Source: Octopus sinensis | Lineage: Eukaryota | Reading direction: 5' to 3' | Assembly: GCF_006345805.1 (NCBI RefSeq) | Contig: NC_042998.1 | Coordinates: 44,020,001-44,084,000, forward strand | DNA length: 64,000 nt | Part shown: positions 42,190 to 56,469 of the stretch, piece by piece | Numbering within the stretch: the first letter of the stretch is position 1 | Layout: every line of letters starts with the position of its first letter | The notes under the pieces: generated by a model | What the model was told of the DNA's origin: nothing | Seen by the model: only the letters and a program-made list of their open reading frames with translations | The model's database searches: none | Translations under genes and position numbers: made by a program

Positions 42190-42626
42190 TAATAATAATA
42201 AATGGCTCCCAATATTCTACTGCAGGTCCTACATGAAATTATTGTCTGACTTTAAATGCACTTGTAATATTTGTTTTAAAATGAAAGCCGTGGAAATGCG
42301 AAATTTGATGGGAATGCTATGATCCATAGATGTTTACCTTGAAAATAATAGTTGAGAAAATGGATAGAAACAAGTCATATTTCATGTGTTCTTCTATGAT
42401 GTCTTATGAGTATGGACACTGCATTTAACTCTAAGTAGTTCACTCTACTAGATATAAATAACAATAAAAGCCATGGTGCAGAGTTACAGTATAATCAGTA
42501 TGGAGCCAATGGCTCACATGAGACTTAGCCAAAGTGGAAATTTTGAGCTGACGTAGACTTTCAACAAATTTTCTCACCAATATCTCAGAGTCGGTTCGAT
42601 AAATCTGCATATATGATGACACATAA

Positions 42627-42714
<88 letters not shown>

Positions 42715-43395
42715 GAGTGAGAGAGGAGGACAGAAGGAGGTAGAAATTGACCAATGCAATATATTCACTCTGTTTTTGTATAAATATATCAAATACTTAC
42801 ATTAAAAATTCTATAGCAAATAAATACACCATTACGGCTTTAAGTTTATCCTTACAACATGACATATATCTTCTATTAATTTTTAATAATATTGCATGCT
42901 TATCTTTCCCTCATTGCATGTTGTTTTCAATTCTACAAACAGCTATCTAAAGTAATCCGCAACTATATTTTCATTTAAGTGTCCTTGATGTATCTGTTTA
43001 TCAAGCCGATGAGATAACAATGCATATGATTATTTATATAATTCTTTTCTTTTCTATAGTAACAATGAAGTTTATTCAGCGTTAACCGTGAGAATGCGCG
43101 TGTTAATGTATGGATATTAGTTGCTTTACAATATTAACCAAGTGTATATATGAACTAAGTGAATATGAAACAGTATATTCTGCAACCTTATATAAAGTAA
43201 AGATATTTCTCAATGCATTTACGGTGATAGTATTGTCCGAACTTCGTGACTTCAAAGTCATAAAAATTCTATAGAGACATTATGTACCTAGCTACTTCCT
43301 TTCTCTATCTATCTTCTCTCCTTCTTCTTTCCTCCTCATTCTCTATATGTATATAATATATGTGGGTGTATGTATATATGTGCGTATGGACATAG

Positions 43396-43458
<63 letters not shown>

Positions 43459-43469
43459 CCTATCAAGTG

Positions 43470-43790
43470 AAGGCTCGTGGCTTAGTGGTTAGGGCATTTA
43501 GCTCGCGATCGTCAGGTCGGAGTTCGATTCGCGGCTATGCGTTTTGTCCTTGAGCGAGACACTTTATTTCACGTTGTTCAAGTCAACTCAGCTGGCAAAA
43601 ATGAGCTGTACCTGTAATTCTAAACAACCAGCCTTGTCACATTCTATGTCACGTTGAATCTCCCTGAGTACTACCGTAAGTGTATACGCGTGTCTTTGGA
43701 GTGCTCAGTCACTTGATTTCATAAGCAGGCTGATTCGTTGATCGAATCAAATAGAACCTTCGACGTCGTAACCGACAGAGAGCCAGGCCA
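43470..43790 (+). mobile_element. tRNA-derived SINE family B
   Basis: gtggcttagtggttag A box, gagttcgattc B box; homologous to 18025-18330. Confidence 0.85.
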
Positions 43791-43871
43791 TAAAATCTAT
43801 GTCTATCTTGCCATACACACAGACACACACACACACACATACATATATATGTACATACGTATATACATACT

Positions 43872-43960
<89 letters not shown>

Positions 43961-44694
43961 TATGTGTGTGTGTTTTTGATACAATTTTTTATGTTTGGTT
44001 TATAGTTTGGGAAAATTAAATAATTTGAATATAATTTTGGTGGCGCTAATTCCAAATAGAACGTCATTTTATTTTTCAAGCACATCAACTCTTGTCGCTC
44101 TCCACCATAATCTAGAATTGTGAAATTATCCACTTTTAGCATTTTAGGAAAATTACTGATGTTATTAATTCTTCATTTCAAAACAAAGCATTTATTTCAA
44201 ATTGAAGATAGAAAATATATAAAGTACCAGTTTCCCACACAACTATACGCTACAGTATAATGAAAGAAAATGAGTCGTTCCAGCTGTATCGAGCTAACTC
44301 AAGGAAAAATCATCCCGCATACGACATTTTGATTGTGATACCATCAACTGATTGCTATTATGAGCTGAGAAAGTTTGCACAATAGTTAAACTGCTTCTTT
44401 GAAAGAATAACCTGTAAACTTTGGAATGTGCTGAATGTAGGAAAACAGTTTGAAATGTTGTTTCATAGACAGTTTTCTCATGTTTATAAAATAAGAAGTG
44501 TTGTAAAATTGTAAAACAGCTAAAACAGATAGTATGAAGAAGAGCCTCTAGACTTCGAAATGTCTGAGGTAATAAAATAATTTGAAAGTTATCTTTCTAG
44601 ACAGATTTTCGTAGAGTGGATTGCGTTAAATACTTAGCTAGATGATTGAGAAATGTATTGCCTTATTTATTTGTATTATTCGGTTGTAACTTTG

Positions 44695-45480
44695 GCACAC
44701 TGCGAGCTAAGTTCTACACTATGTGTCTAGATTCCTAATCTAATAAGACTAGTAGTATTTATCAGCAATCACAACTTAGATGTCGGGTTATATATGTGGG
44801 TCCTTTGTCACATTAAAAGAATGGCAATCTGTAACAGACCCCGTAGAAATGCATATTTCAGGAATTTAGAGGATATATTGGCGATCGGCATAAACTATGG
44901 GTTTCATGTCTATCAGACGTGTATCATAAACCTGAGGCAATGAACTAAACATAAATGGAAGAGAAAGAGTTCTGATGAGTCAACCCACCTGCGAAAGAAC
45001 AGGTAAAACTTCTTAAAGACTACTGCTGCTATATCATTGATATTGTTGGACATAACACCAAATCTGTATCGAAATATATTACTAAAATATGTTCACAACT
45101 ATAATATCTGGACCTGATTATGACGAAATGCTTGATGCTGTATTCAATAAATTAAGTTAGACAATATCGATGAACCTGAATGATATTCAGCAGATGAAAG
45201 TTTTGACAAACTGCTGATACAAGGGAACCTAAACACTTCATTCAGTCAAAATTGAATTACTTAATGCAAGATTTAGATTTTCCAAATATAGCAGCAAAAT
45301 TATTGGGATGTAGGTTGAATAAGAATAACGTGCTAACTCTGGGAATAGCATTTAGTTTCTATCGACATAGAGAAAAGCAATCTCATTTTGTATGGAAGGT
45401 AACATCGTTTACTGTCATGATGTTAATGGCACGGTACGCTATAATGGAATGTCAAGATGAATCAAAATGCATCTAATTTG
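44695..45480 (+). mobile_element. Decayed DNA transposase N-terminus, probably Chapaev3/CMC-like
   Basis: YICGSF..., IGDRHKLW, FIQSKLNYLMQDLDF..AAKLLGCRLNKNNVL..FSFYRHRE resemble FCYICG / GDQDK.W / QxELNDLVRDL..AELL.SRL motifs. The family assignment is from memory. Confidence 0.5.
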
Positions 45481-45669
45481 CAGACAGAAATATATGTGAA
45501 AGAGCAAGATCTGCCCATAAAACAACTAAATTTACTAGCTATTATATCCACATAATAGTAAGATCCATTCTACGATTATGCACAACACACATACTCATGC
45601 ATACACATACAGATATATTTATGTAAGAATACATTCACACACACTGTTACACACAGATACAGATACATT

Positions 45670-45701
<32 letters not shown>

Positions 45702-46201
45702 ATATATATAGATATATATATAATATATATATATAATATATATAGATACACAAATATACGTACATACAGAAATTTGAACAAGGAGACAGATATATGTACG
45801 TATTTTGTACATGTGCGTATATCAATCATATATAAATATTTGCTTCGAGGTAGATAAAATTTTGATGGCTGTTATTACGTAAAATGGAATTAGTATCTTA
45901 AATATATGATACGAAATTTACCTCTTGTAAATTATTAAGTGGAAATACATGTTTAGATCTATAATACGAATATATGCATCATGTATAGGAAACGTTCTGC
46001 TTATGTTAGTACATATGCGAATTTTCCTCCTGTTATCATTTAACCGTATTTAAATATATGAAAATCTATTATAAAGAATATGACATAAAATTTATGTTTA
46101 AATTGAAGCATTCATTAGAAGTCTCACACACACACACGCACGCACGCACACACGCAAACACACACAGACACTCACAGACACAGACATACACACACACACA
46201 C

Positions 46202-46249
<48 letters not shown>

Positions 46250-46410
46250 ATATTATTATATGTGAAATAGAAAGATGAATAATCTTGTTGCAGATTAATC
46301 AAAAGTTTAACCGATACCTTGGTAGCAAAAATCACAGCAGAAGACAGCACGGTTGGAGGTACAACCATATGGTGTTGCAACCGTGCGTTGGTGCGGATAA
46401 TTGAATTTTA

Positions 46411-46872
46411 ATATTATTAGTGAATTGAAGAAATGGAGTTGAACGAAGATTGAACAGAAATCGTTTTATTTCATTCTACACGTGTTTCGAAAGGCACAAT
46501 TTACCAAATTCCGATTGAATAATGAGACCATATTGTGTCTTTCTCTTCAGGAAGAAATAGGAAATCCGTTGGAAAAAACAAAAACAGAACAGAGGCGGAG
46601 CAAAACAAATCTTCAATGCACCCACCACCCGTTTTCAACATACACTGATAAACAGTTTGGCCATGGGCTCTTAGGAGCCTAGTTCGATTTGTTTTGCTCC
46701 GCCTCTGTTCTGTTTTTGTTTTTTTCCAACGGATTTCCTATTTCTTCCTGAAGAGAAAGACACAATATGGTCTCATTATTCAATCGGAATTTGGTAAATT
46801 GTGCCTTTCGAAACACGTGTAGAATGAAATAAAACGATTTCTGTTCAATCTTTCTTCAATTCACTAATAATA
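46411..46872. mobile_element. Palindromic cassette (arms 46411-46611 and 46686-46872, 74-nt spacer) with a hammerhead in each arm
   Basis: About 165 bp essentially perfect inverted repeat, plus a terminal segment with a ~14-nt indel; (TA)n on the right. Confidence 0.93.
46741..46829 (+). ncRNA. Type I hammerhead ribozyme with long stem II
   Basis: UUUCUUC CUGAAGA GAAAGACACAAU...AUUGUGCCUUUC GAA ACACGUGU A GAAUGAAA; identical copy on - at 46469-46557. Confidence 0.85.
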
Positions 46873-46939
46873 TATATAATATATATATATATATACATAT
46901 GTATATAATTCCATGCATACTACGGCTGTGTGGATAGTC

Positions 46940-47098
46940 GCAGGAGTGGTTGTGTGGTAAGAAGCTTGCTTACCAACCACATGGTTCTGGTTCAGTCCCA
47001 CTGCGTGACACTTTGAGCAAGTGTCCTCTACTATAGCCTCGGGCCGGCCAAAGCCTTGCGAGTGACTTTGGTAGGCGGAAACTGTAAGAAGCACGTCC
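46940..47098 (+). mobile_element. 5' half of SINE family A
   Basis: gcaggagtggttgtgtggtaagaagcttgcttaccaaccacatgg..ggttcagtccc. Confidence 0.85.
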
Positions 47099-47162
47099 TA
47101 TGTATGAATGTATGTATGTATGTATGTATGTATGTACGTATGTATGTATGTATGTATGTATA

Positions 47163-47660
47163 TGTCAGGTCACTTTCGAGTGCTGCTGGTAACATGTGAC
47201 CCAGTACAACCTGTTGCATGGTCGGGTCGTCGATGACTAAACCGGCAACCCCACCAAGCTTGCTTGGTGAGGAGGGTGTTTGTTGGACACCCTGTGGGAT
47301 GAACAACAAAACCCGTCAAAGGGCGGAGAAACTCTTGAGAGTCAGCGGCCATCCAATAACTGTCTTAAGGCTGTATCATGCGCGGGGACATAGAAATAAT
47401 CGGAGTGAATACCCGATCGCGCGGTTAAACCATTGGGAGTGAAGGACTCCTAGCCTTTGTTAGGACATCCTTCTAGGAGAAGGTAACTCCGGTAACTGGG
47501 TTAATTCCGACATAAAACCTGCGGCTCAGTGGTTACCGATGATGTTGACTTGTTCTTTTCGGATTATGGCTGTTGTTGCTTAGTGAGTGGGATTGACTCA
47601 GTGCACAGCATTTCCTCACTTTAAAAATAATCTTCTTGCACAGGCATTGCACTATAACAA
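47163..47660 (+). mobile_element. GC-rich non-coding repeat, probably an RTE-group 5' UTR or non-autonomous derivative
   Basis: Sharp GC rise after (TATG)n; tctaggagaaggtaactc and cctcactttaaaa..tgcacagg resemble RTE leader motifs (from recall). Confidence 0.4.
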
Positions 47661-48290
47661 CATTGATTAAGCTTCGTGCAATGGCCATACTCGATAACAA
47701 GGGGGCAGCCACCATGTATGTATACAAAATACATTGTGTCGGTTTTTGTCTATCTAACGTCATTCACAAAACAAAAAATGGATTGAAATGACGCCAAAGA
47801 AAGTGACTCGAGGCAATAGAAAAAGTGCTACGTAGTGACATCAAATTCATCCAGGTCCTAGTGATTTTGTAGTTACGAAGCAACCTAATAATTTTCGATC
47901 ATTTAAAGATAACATAAATAGTTATTTAGTTAATTAGCTGGTAAGTTAGTTTGTTTGAAAGACAGACAGATAGATAGAAAGATAGACAGATAGATAGACA
48001 GATAAATTTGTAGGTAGAATTACTCACACGTATGTAGGAATAAACACCTTATGTTTTAAAGTAACATATTTCCTTTGTGCAATGTCATTAGCAAAGAACT
48101 CAGTGATGAAGGTATCTCTGATATGAAGTGAGACGTTAAAAGGAAACAATGCTTCATAGCGAGGCAAATTTAAAGCATATTTTGTATCTCCTCCGTAGAA
48201 GGCTTACAAAATATTTTGCATTGTTGAATGTGTTCAGATCACTCTTCCATTAAGCTGCACATATATCGTCATCATCATCATCATCATCAT

Positions 48291-48329
<39 letters not shown>

Positions 48330-49172
48330 TATATCTATATATATATATATATAATATATATATATAATATATATATATACATCATATGAGTAACTTTATA
48401 ATTTTGTTTTCCGTTATGCTTACAAATATTTTGCAGCGCACGTGCAGTAACTGACCTGCTTCCTACCAATAAACAGCTTTGACTGGCAATCGACCTGAAT
48501 AAATATACTTACAGTTTATCATTTCGTTCCGCCCAATTTCACTTTTCTCGATTGTTGTTAGATTCGCAAATTGTAGACGTTCTTTTTTTTTTTCCTTTCG
48601 TTAAATTCTTTCATAAATTATGTTGTTAGTCATACACAGAAAAAAAAGTATGGAAAAGACAAAATTTCATAAAAAAACACAGATTGCCCTATGAAATGAA
48701 AGAGATGCAGAAAACGTCGACTATTACTATTATTATTATTATTATTATTATATTATTATTATTATTATTATTATTATATTATTATTATATATATATATAT
48801 ATAATATATATATATATATATGCATATATACATAATTCACACACTTCAATAGATAGAAAGATATACGTATATATATGTATTTATGTACGTATGTGTGTAT
48901 ACATGTATATACATATATAAGCATTAAAGTTGCTATCTACATATCATACATAAAATATATGAAATATACACCGTTGACTGGCAAGTTACTGCTGCATTTG
49001 TCCAAGATATATTTTTATGTTTGTACTTACATGTCAACAAGCTATTGTATCTCGGAAGACAATAGCATGGTATTTACGGATTAATAGACACATGCACGCG
49101 CACGCACACACATACTCACAAACACACAAACACACACATGCACATTCCCATTCACACTTGTATATATATATA

Positions 49173-49251
<79 letters not shown>

Positions 49252-49273
49252 TATGTGTATATATATATATATA

Positions 49274-49891
49274 TAACGTTTTTGGGTCGCTATACTAGAG
49301 CTGTTCTGTAAAAAACTGTGTTACTACATTCTAAGTCTAAAAAACGTCTTTTCCAGCTGGGTAACGACACAACCTCTACTATATATTGTTAGTAAGGGAA
49401 CGAATCACTCCCCTCCAACTTGGCAAGACAAGTAGACCATAGTTTCTGGCTCTTTACCTTTCATCATTACTGGACCAATTCCTGCTAGAGATGACAGTCA
49501 ATCACAATATACAAAAATAGTAGGGTTAAAATGTAGTAACATAGTCATTTACAGAATAGACAGTATTGTCACTACTCATTTAGAGACTTTAGAACTAGAT
49601 ACTTTGTTCATTACGAGTTCAGCCGCTGTCTGCCCCTTCTCTGTTTATATATTGTGAGTAGGGACTGATATCTCTTGCAAGCAGGTGTCCGTTACCGATA
49701 TAGAGTAAAGACTCAGAAACCATAGTGGTCTTGCCAAGCTCGACGGAGTGATTCACCCCCTTACAATAAATCGGACTCAGATTATGTGCGTTAACCAATT
49801 GAAAAAGACATTTTCCGACGTTTTCCTGGGACTAAAATATACTAACATAGTTCTTTACAGAACAGCCATGGTATAGTGGCTAATAGACGTT
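49274..49891. mobile_element. Foldback/MITE with long imperfect inverted arms
   Basis: gctgttctgtaaaaaactgtgtta pairs with taacatagttctttacagaacagc; gaatcactcc..cttggcaagac pairs with gtcttgccaag..ggagtgattc. Confidence 0.8.
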
Positions 49892-50974
49892 ACCGTCTAG
49901 TATTGTTACTGTTTATATCTCGTTTAGAGGTCTTGAAACAAGCTATCTAATTTGCTTGTTATATATATGTATGTATGTATGAATATGTATATATAAACAT
50001 TTAGCAGAAGCAACAGAGTGACTCAAGCGTATCGCCATAATGCGTGCGAGTGTGTGTGTGTGTGTGTGTGTGTTGTGTGTGTGTGTGTGTACGTGCGTGT
50101 GTGCGTGTGTATGTATACGAAAAGGTGATGACTAATTCCTGGTTTGAAGTTTATTGTGAAAAGCCTGGACCGATGCAATAAGTGCTTGAATATGTTGAAT
50201 AAAATCATAATTAACTGTTCCTCTTTTTTAAAATATTTTTTTTTCGTATAACTCTTCTAAAAATTTTTATACAAAAACTAATGCAATACTAAATCCTGTA
50301 GTTGCTCGATATTCCACCAAAACTCAGTCTAATTACTGAAACATGTTGAGAAGTAAACAGGACGGAATAAAAAATTTTACTCGCGAACAGAAATGTTTTC
50401 TTTCGAATAAAAAAAAAATGCAGCATTTGTAAATATAACACACTAAACGTTATGAATATCTTCTTCTGAAGATATCATTATTACTGAAACAGGAAATAAT
50501 AATTGCCAAGAGAAAGAATGAAGGATTTTTGTTGGTAAATTTATTTTCTATGAATGAAATTCTTAGTACATTTCGTCTTACGTTTTTCAGTAATTTAAAT
50601 GTTGAGAATTTTAAGTTTCGGTTGAATCGCAACATGAAATAAAAGACTACTTGAAAAATTACCTGCTAGAAATGAAAATTATCTAAATATTTATCTAAGG
50701 AAGACATGGTATTCAGATATGAACACCAAAAGACGGGACTATATGTGCGCGCGCGCGCGTATGTGTATATAAGCATACATACACTCACACACGCTCACAC
50801 ACACACATATGTTTCTTTTTATGTCGTGTTCCAATAAACTGAAGGATTACTCAATACTTTTGCAGAGTACAATGTTTGGCAAGCTTAGCCATCATCGGAT
50901 GTTTATATATGAACAAGAAGAATGAAATGAGCGATTTCTTTTAGTTCACTAATTCACATTTCATCCAATGTTTC

Positions 50975-51178
50975 ATTGAATTCGATCTCATAAACCTTGC
51001 TATATCATGCAATAATATATGCAACTATTAATTCGTGATATACCATTCTCATAGAGCGTGCCGAATTCGACTCTTTAGAATAATACATAAATTACTTTTA
51101 TATCATAATTCTGAAGAGTCGAACTCGAATCAATATATTGCGTATTAAAATTAATAATATTCATGAGATCGAAATCAT
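50975..51178. repeat. Decayed foldback
   Basis: ttcgactctttagaat pairs with attctgaagagtcgaa, and tcgatctcat with atgagatcga. Confidence 0.65.
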
Positions 51179-51924
51179 ATAAACCAATCGTAAATCGATG
51201 TTTCAAAAGGAATGCTCACTCCATTCTTCGTATATATAATTCTAAACTCTCTGCAGGCATTTTTATGGGGTTTTAGACATGTGGTTGATAAAACAAAGTC
51301 CAGATTACTGTCTGATAGTGTGTATACGTGGATGAGCTTAATAGGGTAAACTTTAGGATGGAAGCCAGAATGAAATTTCTGTGTGTGCGTGTGTGTGTGC
51401 ATGTGGTGTATGTGCGTACGTGCGTACGTGTGTGTAATTGTGTGTGTAAACGTGAGAGGCAACAAATGCATCTCTGGGGTTTGTTTTTAAGAGATATATC
51501 AACGGTGAAATTATTTAAAAATATTGTTAGTTCTAATATGAAATTCGTGGAATCATTATGTGTTTGACAATAGGATTGAAGACTTGAAAAACAGTAAAAA
51601 TAATATTTTATAATTATATTTTAGACAAACAATAGCTTTACTAACTCACTTGGTGTAAACTAAGTTGGCGTCAGATAAGCAAAAAAAAAAAAATGCTTCG
51701 ATTAATGTATGTAAACATATGTCAATTTGGTATCTTTTGAACAAAATATATAAAGAAAATTTTCAGCTGAATATATAAACAAAATTTCTGTCTCTAAACA
51801 ATTCTTGTTGGTTAATATTTTGTATCTGACAATAATAGTTTAATTTTCTTCTTCTTTCGAGCATTTGATAGTACACGTTACATAACCATTTTGAGGTCTT
51901 ATGATCTTTATTACGAAAATGTAA

Positions 51925-52246
<322 letters not shown>

Positions 52247-54047
52247 ATCTATCCACCTATCTATCTCTATATCTATCTGCCCCTTTCCATCTCCGTTTGT
52301 CTAGGTATCCCACTTCTCAGCAGTTCTCAAATGCCTATAAGCACCTCACATTTTTTAATGCCAGTGAAAATATGATTATTTACACATAGATCATATTTCT
52401 CCCAGCATTGCAATTGACAACAGAAAAGAAATTATGCAGACTCCAATGTATCCCCTGTTCTATATTTACGAAAATCTCACCAACACTTCTCCGGAGATCC
52501 TGCCTTTCAAAGCATATTGTTTATAGAGCTAGCTTCATCTTATCCAATGGTATTACAGGAAAGCACAGGGGCCTAATTGCCAATGTATCTTAAAAGTTTA
52601 TACTACATACTACTTCATCTCCCTGTCCTATTTCATGCAGTGATATCCTCTGACAGATCTGCTGCATACTCATCTGGATCTGGTATTTGCTAACTGTGTA
52701 CGTGATAAAATGCGTATGCTACAATAGCGTGCAGTATTTATCCAAAGGAAACGAAAACTAATTTATTGTATTCTTACCTCCAAAAGAAACGTTACAGAAA
52801 TTTAAACTATAGTTTCCTGAATCCTAAAAAAAGCGACTTTAAATCTAACAAGATGCACAGTTGTAAAGTAAACTACTTCTCCCTGCTCATAATGAGAATA
52901 TTTCCCTTCCATGTAGCATTACTACAAATACGTCGCTACAAATGTATAATATAATATATAAAAATACATCACTAAATATGCCTCATTTGGGTGACACCAC
53001 TCAATTTTGATCCAATGTCACTAACACATTGAAATACAACCTAGCAGCACCAAAGCAGACATAGTAACATGTGTAACATCGAGCACATGTTCCACATCAT
53101 TATTCACATGTTGGTGCCACGTGATATCTCCATCCCACCATATAAATCGTAAAAAAAACAATCAATTATCAATGTCCTGCTACCCTCGATAGCTGATTAA
53201 GTTAAGCATTATTTGCAATCTCTAAATAAGTTTAAGACCTACGCCAATGTTGAGTTCTAATTTTCTACCATTTTCCCGTTCTCTCTTTATATATATATAT
53301 ATATATATATTTGTGTGTGTGCGTGTGTGTGTGTGTGTGTCTCTGTGTGTGTATACATATATACAAATGTATATATATGTATATATATATACTATATATA
53401 CATATATATATAAAAAATATATGTATATATATATACATATACATACATACGTGTGTGTGTGTGTGTGTGTGTGTGCGTGGATGTGATGGACATATCGAAT
53501 AGGATTTCCCAAAAACTATTTAATGTTGATAGCTCCTTTCAATTTCAAAAAATATATTGGCGAAAACGTCTAGTTATACATTTAATGGAAATTAATCTAA
53601 GGCATTTCATTTAATGGAATGGCTTAGATTAGGAGACAACCGACGGTCATTTCAAACAAGTATTATAAATATATATTATATGCTGAATATAATCAAAGGT
53701 TTTAGGTATATGATGGTAAATTGTGCAATTTGATGCTTTGTAGGAAGAATAAAACGTTAAAAGAACATAAAGATAATGAAACAATATATATGCATCTCTC
53801 TCTCTTTCTCGTACTGCTCATGCATATGCATGTTTATGTATGTATGCATATATATATAAAGAGAGAGAGAGAGATACATAGCTAGATAGATATATAGATA
53901 CATACATACATACATACATATATATGGATGCGTGGCGTTCAATCATATAATAATATAAATAATATATATATATGCATATATACATATATGTAAAAACTAA
54001 CGTATATATGTATATACATATGCATATGTGGGCACTGGACATATACT

Positions 54048-54080
<33 letters not shown>

Positions 54081-54096
54081 ATGCACATGTATATAT

Positions 54097-54256
54097 TGTG
54101 TGGTAAGTAGCTTGCTTACCAACCACATGGTTCCGGGTTCAGTTCCACTGCGTGGCACCTCATGCTATAGCCTCGGGGCGACCAAAGTCTTGTGAGTGGA
54201 TTTGGTAGACGGAAACTGAAAGAAGCCCGTCGTGTATATATATATATATTATATAT

Positions 54257-54288
<32 letters not shown>

Positions 54289-54610
54289 ATATACATATGT
54301 GTGGTGTGTATGTGTGTGTGTTGCGTGTGTGTTGTGTGTGTGTGCGTGTGTGTGTGTATGTCCATGTATGTGTGTATATGTGTATGTGTTTGTGGGTCTG
54401 TGTGTTTGCCACCCCTCAACATCGCTTGACAAACGATGCTGGTGTGTTTACGTCCCCATAACCTGGCGGTTCGGCAGAAGAGTCGGATAGAATAAGTACT
54501 AGGCTTACAAAGTATAAGCCCTGGGCGCGATTTGTTCGACTAAAGGCGGTGCTCCAGCATGGCCGCAGTCAAATGACTGAAAGAAGTAAAATAATAATAG
54601 AGTAAAAAGA
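54097..54610 (+). mobile_element. tRNA-derived SINE family A with expanded internal (TA)/(TG) tract
   Basis: Head tgtgtggtaag..gggttcagttcc; tail ggcggtgctccagcatggccgcagtcaaatgactgaaa. Confidence 0.9.
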
Positions 54611-54613
54611 GTT

Positions 54614-54711
<98 letters not shown>

Positions 54712-54739
54712 CTTTATTTAAAGCAGCAGAAAATTCAAC

Positions 54740-54785
54740 AAAACCTGTACTCTGAGTTTCCCGTTGCCGTTCATCGGGCAGTTTT
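54740..54785 (-). ncRNA. Hammerhead-like motif (CCGAUGA variant) in a ~145 bp insert between (TA)n tracts
   Basis: aaaacugc CCGAUGA aCG-GCAA-CGg GAA ACUC-a-GAGU A cagguuuu; stem I is imperfect. Confidence 0.6.
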
Positions 54786-54855
54786 GGCTATTACCCTACC
54801 ACTGGTATTTAAGTACTCTTTTTCCAACCTTGTTTCACATTTATTAGTTTACTCC

Positions 54856-54939
<84 letters not shown>

Positions 54940-56469
54940 GACATTCCCACACATGAAGGAATAGTGGAGATTTGGTTTTGGTGCTTGAAAATGCACCTGA
55001 TTCTTAAAACGTGTTGTAGTTTTTAAACTGGATAACAAATTAATGAAATTATTAAATCCGTTTCGACAATTGCTTTTTCTTCAATGGTATTTATAAAAAA
55101 AGTTTATGGGAGATATTGAAGGTAGAACGGAAAACTCGGAAAAGCACGCTTAAATAATCAAGTGTTCATACAAATTCCAATGTTCAACAAGTTTCACAGA
55201 CACAGAGAGTTTTACAAGTTCAAATGTTCGATGAATTTCATAACAGTAATATATTATTGAGAGTTCAGTAACATTTAGCTTGATTAACAATTAGATACAA
55301 TGACCTTTTTAAAAGAGTATGAAAAACCAAAGGAAAGAAAGGCAATTTTGTTTTACAGTTTCTGTCGTAGAGCATGAAAGAGAATCTTCCTCGTTGGTTT
55401 TACTATAGACAGTTTGAACTGTTTTAAGCTGAATTTCTTCTTTATATATAGGTTATTAAGGTAAGGGTTCAAACTCTGATTGGATATAACTTTATGTAAA
55501 TAATTGGTTGTAAATTTATGTAAATGATGTCATTTGTTTTTATCCACCTTTAGTCTATTATTTTGGCTGACTGCCAGAATATGTTACTTGTTTTTATGAA
55601 TTTTCTGGTAAAATTTTAGTTTGACAGAAATGCAGTGTTCTGATTGTTTCACATTCTGGCGATGTCATTTGTTTATCGGCTGTTTTTATCACTTACAGTT
55701 TTAACCAGTAGAGACTCAGTACTCTGGTTGCTTGATTTATGTCACTTGTTTTTGTCAAAAGTCTCGGTAAATTGTGTTTTTCTGACGGTCGACCAGCGTT
55801 CCAGTTCATTGATTCCCTTGGTCAGCTTATTTGTTTTTTTCTATTCCCTTATTCATGAAGCTGCCATCAAAACCACGCTAAAATCACCATACCTTTTAAC
55901 CTAGCACGCATGTGGGAAGAACGAAAGCAAAACATACAATACGAAGTAAGCTGGATTGTCAATAGTGAAAAACGCAATTATGTTAAAAGAGCGTACATGT
56001 ATATGACAATAAAATATTACTGCCTCAATATTGCCGATACATTTATACACACACACACATACACACTTCGATGAATTTTAAGCACAATATTCGTTAGTAA
56101 ACACAATTTCATCGTAAATTACTCTCTCAACGTTTCTGTTGTCACTCTTTTAATGCAAATCGAACGAAAGAAATGTATTGTTTGTTTATATATGACATGC
56201 AGTTATATAATCAAAGATACAGAATGACAGTGAGGCGAAGCAAGCCGATATCTTTATCTTTTATTGTTTACTTGTTTTAGTAATTTCACTGCAGCCGTGT
56301 AATGTCATCTTAGTATCACATATACTGAAAAGAAATGGCTAAAATTATATGTAGCGTTGTTAATGCAATAAGAATACATACAGAATTATGCCTCTCTAAC
56401 TTTGTATCATAATAACGTCCACAAAATGGATATTATTTTTTATGAAATTGTTTTCAAATACGCTTCAGA

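Noticed and set aside
51108-51145. ctgaagagtcgaactcgaatcaatatattg as a hammerhead
   Set aside because: GAAA is broken, and there is no NUH or stem I; kept only as part of a foldback.
52270-53200. Possible decayed minus-strand LINE (also 17270-17700)
   Set aside because: No motif could be read with confidence.
54935-55900. Possible further PLE remnant with a hammerhead-like motif at ~55055-55090
   Set aside because: Too decayed; neither the stems nor protein motifs could be established.
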